Assembly (NCBI RefSeq): GCF_018977255.1
Contig: NW_024704742.1
Coordinates: forward strand, 111,354,001 to 111,418,000
Reading direction: 5' to 3'
Source: Callorhinchus milii
Lineage: Eukaryota
Length of the DNA stretch: 64,000 nucleotides
Shown: one piece after another, positions 52,995 to 64,000 of the stretch
Layout: the number at the start of each line of letters is the position of its first letter
How positions within the stretch are numbered: the stretch's first letter is position 1
Translations under genes and position numbers: made by a program
The notes under the pieces: generated by a model
Database searches by the model: none
What the model was told of the DNA's origin: nothing
The model's input: only the letters and a program-made list of their open reading frames with translations

Positions 52995-53800
52995 TGTTCG
53001 TGGTGATGGTACTGGAGGGCTCTTTCCAACTGGTCTGACGAACAAAACCCTTGCTTTAGTTTGTCCTACTAGCTTCTCAACCATGTTCTGTGTTGCTGGA
53101 TGTGCCTCATCATCATTGCCAGCCATGTGGGTTCTGTTGAGGTGTCAACAGCCATGTATTCAGACCATAGCCATTGTCCCCAAGGAACCATCTATTCATC
53201 CTATCATCTTGTTTAAATGCCCTTGGTAGTCGAGACTGACTCAGAATGAATGAATCATGAGTTGAGCGAAGGAAATTGGCAGTTACTTGCATGATTTCAT
53301 GCTTGGCATAGCAGGCAACTCGTGTATTCACGGAGAACTATCTCTTGTGATTTATGTATGCAAGAGAATTTGCCTTGGGGGCTCTCATTTTCACTTGCAC
53401 GGAGTCCGCCATTTTAAGCACACAGGGGAACCCAACAACAGTACAGAAATGATCCTGGTTAGCAATACTTTTCTCTTGATCTTGAGAAGTATATGTATCT
53501 TCCTCTTTTCAGTAGAAGCCCTTTGCCACCTTGTCAATGCAATTGCATATGTTTGCCTCTGCAGTGCCACAAAAATCTCCTCTTGGAGATTGGAAAGAGC
53601 CAATAGCAGAGAAATTGATTCCAACAGCTACTTTGACTGCTGCAGGTAGGGCTGTAGTGCAAGGTTGAGGATTAAGATACTCATCAGGCTTGTAGATTGT
53701 GAGTGATGGCATCTCTGCTGACACAAACTTACTCTGCATACTGCTGCTCTGTTAGAACCAGGTAGATGTTCCTTGGCCTAGAGATCCTCTCCAGGGGTAT
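52995..53800 (-). mobile_element. Decayed PIF/Harbinger (HARBI1-like, DDE_Tnp_4) transposase
   Basis: Collinear broken-frame fragments: ALPAAVKVAVGINFSAIGSFQ; STHDSFIL...WFLGDNGYGLNTWLLTP; AHPATQNMVEKLVGQTKAR. Confidence 0.85.
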
Positions 53801-54289
53801 ACGTTGTAATATTACAGCATAATCTATCAGGCTGTCGAATTCTGCTGTGAACTTGGCATTTTGACTGTGTGCATAATTTAGCTCCCTCGCACTGTTGGAG
53901 TCAGTAAATGTCCCTAGGCAATCTCTCCAATATTGGAGTTAGCACTCGTTATTTGAACAACATTATTTTATAAATAAAACGTGCAGAAACCAAAAGGATG
54001 TTAAAGTAAATCATGACTATTTGTGTTTTTTAACCCCCCCCCCGACTATCAGCAGACAGATTCCTTAGGCTAGTCAGAGTTCTTTCACTGGTATCACTGA
54101 AGCAAACATTAATATTGCAAATTGTGTCAGCCTGGCCTGTTGGTAACACTCTTCCCTTCTGAGTCCGAAGGTTATGGGTTCAATCCTCAAGCTGGATCTC
54201 ATATAGTCTATGTTGGCACTCCAATGCAGTTCTCAGGGTCTGCCCTCCTTTGGATGACACCTTAAACCAAGGTCCTGTCCTTTCTTCCT

Positions 54290-54735
54290 CATATCTGCGC
54301 CACAACTGGCACCGCCTTCCATCACATCCGGAATATCGCCAGACTACAGCACTACCTCACCCCTCACGCTGCTGAAATACTGGTCCACGCCTTTATCACC
54401 TCAAGGCTGGACTATGGGAACTCTCCCCTCGTCGGCCTTCCCAGCACCTCCCTCCACAAGCTGCAGGTCATTCAGAACTCTGCAGCTCGTGTACTGTCCC
54501 GCACCAGGCTTCGCGACCACATCACTCCCACCCTCGCTCACCTCCACTGGCTCCCCATCCCCCAGAGCATCGAATTCAAGATCCTCATCCTCACCTACAA
54601 GGCCATTCACGGCCTTGCCCCCTCCTACCTCTCCGACCTACTATCCCCCTACCTACCTGCCCGTACCCTCCATTCCTCTGGCTCCGGTCTGCTCCACATC
54701 CCCTGCCCTATGAAATGAAATCTTGTTGTTGTTGT
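54290..54735 (+). mobile_element. L2 fragment inserted in a Deu-domain SINE
   Basis: SRLDYGN...LHWLPIPQSIEFK remnant with (GTT)n tail; SINE sequence continues on both sides. Confidence 0.85.
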
Positions 54736-55485
54736 TATCTGCCTGTTCAGGTAGATATCAAACATCACGCGGCACTTTTCAAAAGGAAAACGGAGTTACT
54801 CCTGTTGTTCTAATCAATAATCCCCCAAATTAAATTGGGCATTCATGGCTGTTTGTGGGACATAGCTCTGTGTAAATTAGCCATCACATTTGTCTATAAA
54901 AGACATTATGGCAATTGTAAGGATTATTACTACTAATAAATAATAAAGTTGCCTAGACACAAGGAATTGTTTTATTGTTGTAATATTAGTAAGAAAACAC
55001 TTAGAAAAAAAACCCCAAGTAAATACTTGGCTTATTGTTGTGTTTTTGTTTTTACTCCATTTTCTCTTCTTCATTTTCCGTACCTTAATTGCTCAAAGTC
55101 AAAAGCAGAATCTCCAAGATGGTTTTGTTTTGTGATGGAGCCAAAGAGAGAATGTTCAATACAGCTAGAGGGAGGTGGGGGAGAGAACTTAAACATTGAA
55201 CAGGCATGAAGGCAAGAATCTAGGTCAGTTATTCCATTCTAACCTCAGATAAGTTCAGGTTAGTCATCAGAGAGCTTTGACCATCAGAGGGTTTGAAGAG
55301 CATCATATAATATACCATTCCTGGATGTCCTCTGCCATCTAATCCTATTGCAGGACCGCCCAAGGGCTCAACAAAAGAGCCTTTGCCTAAAACCCAATGA
55401 CACATTTGTAAGCATATTACAGTAAAAAGGGAGATGCTAAACAGGTAAACTTGTTCCTTCTCAATTTTGTTCTTATTCCATGTCT

Positions 55486-56000
55486 CAACAACAACAACAA
55501 CAACCACAACAAGATTTCATTTATAGGCGCCTTTCACGTCAGGAGGACGTCCCAAGGCACTGGACAGTTGGGTCAGGACCCGAGCAGTGGGGAAATGGTC
55601 AGGGTGAGGGGAGGGAAGGGAGGGAGCGAGGAGAGGGTAGAGAGTCGAGAGGGGAGCTGAAGCCACGGTCAAAGAGAAAGGTCTTGAGACCGGCCTTGAA
55701 GGAGGAAAGGGAGGAGGCAAGGTGAAGGCACTGGGGGATGGAGTTCCAGAGCCTAGGGGCTGAGAGGCTGAAGGCCCGGCCACTGATGGTAGGGCGGTTG
55801 GGGCGGGGGATATGGAGCAGACTGGAGCCAGAGGAACGGAGGGTACGGGCAGGTAAGTAGGAGGATAGTAGGTCGGAGAGGTAGGAGGGAGCAAGGCGGT
55901 GAATGGCCTTGTAGGTGAGGATGAGGATCTTGAATTCGATCCTCTGGGGGATGGGAGGCTAGTGGAGGCGAGCGAGGGTGGGAGTGATGTGGTTGCGCAA
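55486..56000 (-). mobile_element. Young L2 3' fragment
   Basis: Near-copy of 41755-42280 in reverse complement. Confidence 0.92.
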
Positions 56001-56569
56001 CTTCTGAAACATTTTTAAATTCATCTTAAAAACTGGGCAGTTTAATGAGCCTTTTCGGATTAGCCATGCTTATGAGTATCCAATATGTGTGCCATCTATA
56101 CACGGAAATTTCCTTGGATCCGGAATGAGATACGCACTCTCCCTGGTGGGATGCATCCTGCTTATCTAATTCCAATGAATATTCACACAATACTCAAGAG
56201 AATAGAATGCCTCCTGATCCTTCCTGATTACACTTTGGGCCTCTAATGCAGCTGCCAAATATGTTGTGATCACCCTCAGCACTATATTAAGAGCCCCTGA
56301 AAACAGTGAGATTCCTTGGTAGTTCTGTCTCACTAGCGCCACCCTTCTTGTGGACAGGTACTACAATTGTACTCTGGATCAGTCTAAGAAGGGCAGCTCC
56401 TAGTCACGTTGGTGGTTCCTGGCATTGATTTGATAAATCGTTGCCATTCTCCACACCCTTTCCCAGAGCACTTTTTAGCAAATTTCACAGGGTCTGGAAT
56501 CCAGGGCATGAATATATATGCATATATATATATAAGGAGCAAGAGGGGTCACAGTAAGAGCCAATTTTG

Positions 56570-56925
56570 AATCGCCTCGCAAGCGAGAGGACCTGGGTTC
56601 GATTCCCGGCAAGGCGAAACACTGGGCAAGTTTCCTTACTCCACATGCCTCTATTCAACTAGCAGTAAGTAGGAACCTGGTTGTTGGTCGATTGTCAGAT
56701 TGCTTTTCTTGGGGTAATAATCCCTTCAAAAAAAAAAGTATAATAAAAATAATAATAATTTGGTCACTCAATCCACGACTCTTTGAAGGACGCTGTTGTG
56801 CACAATTAGCTGCCACGTTTCGCCTGCTAAATATACAGTCAATTCACTTTACAATACATTCTGTGAGTGGCTTTGAGATATCTTGAAGACGTGATAAGGA
56901 GCTATATCAAATGCAAGAATTATTA
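56570..56925 (+). mobile_element. tRNA-derived SINE (long variant, A-box missing)
   Basis: B-box ggttcgattcc, body and tail. Confidence 0.85.
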
Positions 56926-58119
56926 TCATGCCCTTAAACACCAGTGGCATCAGTTTTTGGAGTATGAAATTATTTAGAACAGATTTGCATGGGCATTTAA
57001 AAATAATTGGAAAGCATACAGGAGGAAGGGTATTAAAGGGTGTAGGAAACAACAGGCAATTGGGATTTGGCTGAATGGCTTCATGGAAGAGCAAACACCA
57101 ACATGAAAAAATGATCTAAATGGGTTTCTACTGTGTCATACATCTCTGCGGTCTTATGGAGTTAATGTTCTTTGAACATGGCTCTTTGAGCTCCACTTTG
57201 TGAAGACTGCACTTTATATTGACTGTTTCTTCTGGAACCGTTCAGCAATAATTTGCATATTACTTTACCAGAAGATTATTTCAAACATGCAGTAAAATCA
57301 GAACCAGTTTAAAGGAAATTGTCTTGTAAGTACGAAAGGACACACCTTAATTAAAGAATCTTCAAAAGAGGAATTACAGAGAATTACAGAGAAAAGAAAC
57401 GTTCACATATAAGAACACTCATTGCAAACTTGGTTTAGCTTTGCAGGGTAAAAGGTGTCACTTTGCAGCCAAAGTAACTTTTGTCATCATCAGATGGCAA
57501 GCCTTAACTTAAAATGAAAAAGCACTGCTTTAGTATCAGGCTGGTTGCAGAGCGTCTGATGTAGGTGCCAATGTTAAGGTCAGGGATTTAATTGCCTTGT
57601 TGCTTTGCTAACATTAACAACATCAAGTTGTCCAATCTGGGACCATTTTAAAAAGTTTATAATGTACTTTTTATTTATACTGCACCAACATGTTCTGTTT
57701 GTTCGCGTTAGCAAACACTGCTTTCAATTACAGGTGCAGAACAGAAAGTTTGTTTGCGTTCGTGAACTGTGTGTGTTCGTCCACTGGTGCAAAATGAACA
57801 TTTTAAATGAAAATTAAAGTTTAATAAGGTCTCAAGAATCCATTGCACAACTTGATATTTTAATGTAAGTGGCAAGGTAACATTTAAATTGTCACCAGCA
57901 TTCTGATACTGGTTAATAGGGTTCTGTGGGCACAAGATAGCTTGTGCCTATCTGCTGTGGCTCCACTCATATTCCTGCTTCATCTTTTCCTCACTATTTT
58001 GATTGATTTTAAATGACATTCCCACATTGCTAAAATGACCTCCGAGAAGCCCAGTTTCCTGTTTTATGCCAAACATTTCCTGTTGCTTCAATAAGTCTTA
58101 ATATTCCAAAAGAGTTATT

Positions 58120-58530
58120 GTGGAGTCCCATAGCATAGTGATTAGTGCACTTGCCTTGCAAGCGAGAGGACCCGTTTTTAATGACAGGGCGGGGTGAAAC
58201 GTTAGGCAAATTTCCTTTCTCCAAACACCTGCATTTACCGAGCATTAAGTAGGAACCCGGTTGTTAGTCAATTGGGGGATCACTTTTTGGGGGTTATAAT
58301 CCCTCAAAAAAATCCCCCCCCACCCCCCAAAAAAATGTGGGTCACTCAATCCACAATTGGTTTGTGGGGCATTGCTGCGCATAATTGGCTTCAGTGTTTC
58401 ACCCACAAATACAGTCAATTCATTTTACAATATATTCTGTGAAGTGCTTTGAGGCATTTCAATGACTTGATAAGGTGCTTTATTATTATTATCATTATTA
58501 TATCAAATGCAAGGTTTATTATTATATTAT
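58120..58530 (+). mobile_element. tRNA-derived SINE (long variant, degenerate)
   Basis: Same head, body and tail. Confidence 0.82.
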
Positions 58531-61500
58531 TATAAAGCCCAAATTCGTCTAAGGTTTGAATACTGTTGCAAGGTCTGGAAAGGCTTCTCTGGTACCTAAG
58601 TTACATTTCTGGTCAGATTACAAGAAAAGGTTGTTTCTAATAGATAATCCTTTTCTCACCAATTGGTCTGTCTCCCTGCTGTCTCTCCATCACATTCTAT
58701 CATGTCGTTCTCTATTTTATCAATACTGCTACAATAGTCCTCCAGACATTTTTGTATTGTTTCTCCAAAGCTTCAAATATGTTTCCCTGCATGATCATCC
58801 TCTCTCAATCTCTAGTGTGGTGTACTTAAAAATCATATAATTGTCTCCTATCCTTTCCCCTTGTGTCCTGGCCAACAATCTTGTAAACAAATTGGCCTTT
58901 CACCTCATGGCCTTTTGTGGGACCTCACTGTGCGCAAAGTAGCTGTTGTGTTTGCCTGCAAAAAATAGTTACTATACTTAACAGCAATTACTGAATAAGA
59001 TGCTTTCAGATATTTTGACATAATAAAGCACTAAAAATGCATGCTTTCTTTTTTGCTCCAATTCATTCTTTCTCAAGAGCTCAAGCAGTAACTTATCTTC
59101 CTCAGTCTTTGCTTCTTTCTAGACTGACAGGCTTTTAAAATCCAAGTTGAATATCACCTAACCACTTCTGCCTGATTTATCTTATTTTCTCTTCTGATCG
59201 TTCCAAGTGCTATGTGTCTTGTCACCTTGGTTCTCAGTAAAAAAGAAAGTGATGTTGAGTGGAGCACTAACTCAGTGCTGCTGGTTTGCACTAGGTTAAA
59301 AACAGACCCTTCCTTGCAGTATAATTTCAGCATATAACTGCTAAAGGAAGCCCTGTTCATTGGGACTTTCGATGTTTCTAATAGCAAGGGCCGAGCTCGC
59401 AGCTGGCTTTTTGTTTTTATTTCACTTCCTTTTGTTTTCTGCTCGTACTTTTAACAAGTGACAAGTGTAACTACCTTTCCCATTATAGCAAGCACTATTT
59501 TCAGAAATGTCTACAGAGCTACAGCACTTATAGCTTTTCACAGTACGTATTATGCAAGATTACTGCTTAAAAATTGTGCAGTAACTGTGACATGATAATT
59601 TCTTGGTGGGGCTAACAGCAGTGCTTTTGAAATGGTCTACAGATATTGAAGTTTTTTTATCGTTGCTACACTAAATGTAATTTAATGTGGTGCCCTCTCT
59701 CCTGAATGTATTATTCTAAAAATATTTTTCAATTTTTTTTAGAAACTCGATTAAGACAGTGATCATGGAAATCAAGCAGTTCTGGCTCCTGGTCAGGTAG
59801 ATTGACAGACACCATAGTGAGCCTGGAGAGGTTGACACTTTATCACATGCTACCTGAGAAACCGAGGTCAGTCTGCTGGTGGATTGGAATAGACAATTGC
59901 ATTTCCCACAGCCTAATTCTTTTTCCTCCCAAGCTCCAAATATGTCATCCTGTATGATCTTCATTGCATTGCTCCTATTTTAACTTAATCTATCGGGACC
60001 TCAAGACTTAACTTATTTCCTCATTCTTTCCTTTTGACTACAGGCTTTTAAAACCCCGACCTAGGAAACGCCTAACCACTTCTGTTTGATATATCTCATT
60101 TTCTCCGTCATTGAGTTAAAATTATGGTAGGTGGTGTCCTGTGCTATGGGCCTTCACCCTTCACCTCAATTAATAAAAAATAATCCTTGCATTTGATATA
60201 GATCCTTATCACATGCTCAAGATGTCGCAAAGCATTTCACAGAAATGACTGTAAAGTGTAGTGAGTGTATTTTGTAGGTAAACGTGGCAGCCAATTTGCA
60301 CTTAATAAACTCCTACAAACAGTTATGAAGTGAATGAACAATTATGTCTGGAGGAATGTTGGCCACGACAGCGGGAGAAATAACCTCTTTTCAATCAGTG
60401 CCACGGGTTCTTTAACATTCCACCTGAACAGGGAGATAGGACTTCAGTTTAATATCTCATCCGAATGACGGCACATCTGACGATCCAATGCTTGCCCGGT
60501 ATAATATCAAAGTCAGCCTAGATTGATCTTAAAGTCTCGATATGGGTCTTGGACCCACAATCTCCATTCTCAGTAACACAAAAAGTGGCATGTGTCCTCT
60601 TAAAGTATGAACATATACATTGTTTAAAAGTACACAATACACTTTTTTAAAAAATAAACGAATAGTTTGTTGCTAATAGAATAGTAAATTAATTCTTCAG
60701 CAATGTTCCAGCTCCAAGTGTGGTTCACTTCCTGACGCAGTCTATTTGGCCATAGGGTGGCGCCATGTATCTATAGCTCTCCCGAAACACCCAATGAACT
60801 AAAAATGTGCCACATGATACAGTTTTCTTCTGAAAAGCAACACGGATTGTGTAACAGACAATAAAAAATAATTCTGGGCCTCGTCAGCCTCCAAACAGAT
60901 TTACACATGTATTCATCACATTTAATTTCCTCGATGAGAGCTGAAGAGAGTCCCGGACAATACGTATTGTTATTTTACACGATGTAGCCTTGACTCATGA
61001 TTAGGCCCACGTTCCAGTGGTGACATTTAAATTTTACAATAATCTGCGCACTGTACCCTCTGCAAATTAATGAGTCTGTGAATAGCACGGTGCATTTGTC
61101 ATCTGAATTTATGTTAATGCAGTGAGGTCCCCTGGTAATGTTGATGGGCCTCAGCAGATGTTCAAACTACAAAATGTTCTGGCATCTTCCACGGCATCTT
61201 TTCACTGCCCCTTTCAGTGGACATTGTAGCCTGTCATCGGCACACCGATCATGGTAGTGGTTATTGATAGGTCCGGTAATTATCCCTGACTTGATATTCA
61301 TGTCTTGACCCCCAAAACACTGAGCATAAGTAATGGATCACTGTTCGGCGAATTACTTCATGACATTGTAACAGTCCTCAACCATGAGGTCAGCAGAAGT
61401 TCATTGAGGATGATTGACACTTACAAATCTTGTTGTCATGCTAAATGGTTGCAAATTTTCTCAGATAAAACTTCTGGTTGCTGGTAACTGCTTAATCAGG

Positions 61501-64000
61501 GTCTCTGCTGTGCGGGGCTGTGGCTATCGTGGTGTGGTATTCCTGACAAGTTAACCTAATGCATATAAATCTAGCCGCATGATACTCGCATTGTCAGCTT
61601 CTTTGCAAAATTATCAAACATGTTTGGCAAGTGTAATTGGTTTATCTGGTGATCCAAGTAGGGAGAGTAAAGCCCAGAAGCTTCCTGTCTGTGGGTTTCA
61701 CTGGAAGCTGTCACTGGTAGGTCATTCTCCCAATGAGCCAGACACTAAACAGCCACTGTTGTCGTCGGCTGTGAGAGACGCAGGTAAAGAGACGGTCACT
61801 GCACAAAATAAAGCCCTGCATACTGAGTAGCTGGCAATAATTACAGGGTAGTAATCTAATCTTGAGATTCACAGCACACTTTGCAATCTGTACCTTGCGC
61901 TTGCCGTCTCAAAATGACTCACTGCTTACTTTATATAAAGATATACTGCCAAAGCTATTTCTTAATAATATGTATTATTAATTGTATTCAACACTGGCCA
62001 GTTTATATTAGAATGCATTTAATTAGTAGGTACATATTTGCAAGCGTTATGTATGTAAATAGGCTGCGTCAGTGATATATCACTGTATCTTTTGAGTGAA
62101 ATTACTCCCTGATACTGAATTTTTGGTGCTGTTTTGAATGCTGCAGTTGATTCTTTTACTGCACAGAGAGCTCAGTAGTTTTCTTTTAATTGGTAGATTT
62201 CCTTCCCTGAAGAGCTCAGATGTTCCCCTCTTCCTCTTGCAGCCTTCCTAAGGGCAGTCAGAAGAGGTGAGACAGCCACAGGCTCCCTGGCATCATCAGG
62301 AGCCAATGCCATCTGAACGCTGCTTCTCAACCTACAAGAGCTGTCAAGATACTGCACCACAGCAAGACACCCTACTTTAATACCCCAGACAGCAACTGAC
62401 AAAATGCATCATAAGAGTGGCTGGTGGATTCATGTGTCGCACAACCTTGCGACCAAGCGTCCTGTTAACCAAAACGTTAACACATTATCCATACATTTTA
62501 GGTTCATTTTGGTTCCTCTTGTATGCACAGCTTTGGGTATTGTCAAGACTGGGAATCACACTGTTCACTGCTTCTGAATTTATTTTAGTCAAAGATGTCA
62601 GCTCCCAAGTCAATTTATTTTAAACCACATGTCTCCACACGTCAATCCGCAAATGTTGTCTAGAATGGTCTAACAAAGAAAAATATATAGGATTATCTAC
62701 AAAATGTCTCCGAAGGAAAAGGGCATTATCAGGATGATCAGCAGTAAGTGAATAGAAGGCTCAGGTCATCTGGTTGTTGTCACCATCAACAAGTGTACTG
62801 TTTATCAGTGAGGCTCCAAACTCCGAACGTAAGGAATGCCAACAAAGGGAATGATAAGAATGGAAGAGGAAGAAATAAAGAGGAAAAAAGGAAGGAAGGA
62901 CTGATGGACAGATGGATAACATGATAGAAATACAAATAGTATTGCTTTTGAAATTGGACTTAACCTATCTAAATCCCAAGACATAATATTTGAAAGGTCT
63001 AAAGGGACTTTGCCGGTGACCCCAGTTCAAAAATACAGGGTTATCATATGAGTAAATGTGTGAGCCAGTAGAGTGAAGAAAAATAAGTAATCTGAAACTC
63101 AATTTTAACTGGATGTTTTAAATGTATGGCTTGGCAGAACTTTTACAAATTTTCCCAGTATGAAATAATGGTGGAGAGAGTTCTTTCTGAGAATTCTCAG
63201 AAAACTGGCTGGACAAATTCTTCATTTTAAACCAATGATTGTGTGAAAACTTATTGTGGCTTGTGAATATCGTGCTCTGGTCCATGTCACACAACATCCA
63301 CAGGACCTTTCACATGAGAAAAATTCCTGACAACTATTCCCTTGAAACATTTCTCATTGCAGTCAGTCCCTGTGCATTCTGTTCCCATATTAAGGAAATC
63401 AATCAGTTGAAAGACTTTGGTGATGTTTCCAGTGGTGTTCTCAGACCTTCTGTGTAAAAGAAAATGAAACTTAAGAGCAGACACCGTTCATAAAGGGTGG
63501 CATTGTGTGCTGTATGCTGACATCCTTGTGCATTGTGTCAAGGATAGACTTGTTATTTTGTCAAGGTAAGTGTTAGGGAATTAATCATCTTAAAATATTA
63601 AAAGCCATATAGATATTACTAAAAGTGAAAATGCAATATTCAATGTGATATTCATGACATTGAATGTCGCATTTTTCATCCTAATAGTTATATTTGATAA
63701 AACACCAAATTACATATGTTTGGATCAAAATTCCAATGCAGTTATTCTGAAATAGTAAAAGGGTTTCTAAGTTTAAAAAAAACAATAAAACTAAAATAAA
63801 TCCTTGCCTTTGGTATACGCCTTTCACATCAGAAGGATGTCCCAAAGCGCTTCACAGAATTTACCATAAAGTGGTGTGACTGTATTTGAGTTCAAGTCCT
63901 GATGTGGGGCTTGATCCCACAACCTTCTGACTCAGAGGCGAGAGTGCTACCACTGAACCAACCTGACACATGTGGGAATGTTAACACCATCCATAAATAA

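Overview
Vertebrate genomic DNA. The repeat content (tRNA-headed SINEs with L2-type tails, Deu-domain SINEs, L2 and CR1 LINEs) suggests a cartilaginous fish, probably a chimaera; this is inference. Three spliced genes lie in tandem on the + strand. (1) A divergent CLPX-like mitochondrial AAA+ unfoldase gene with 12 coding exons traced from 9114 to 23374 and an unresolved start. (2) MBLAC2, 2 coding exons, 283 aa. (3) CETN3, 5 coding exons, 167 aa, with a GC-AG intron. The remaining ~23 kb has no recognisable host gene. It holds a 680-bp local duplication, a nested Tigger/pogo pair, a decayed Harbinger transposase and many LINE/SINE copies. The most notable item is the CLPX-like gene: it sits beside MBLAC2-CETN3 rather than at the canonical CLPX locus, keeps all catalytic motifs, has an altered RKH substrate loop, and carries an apparent 1-nt frameshift in its last exon. 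Comparisons with human proteins are from recall, not from a database search.
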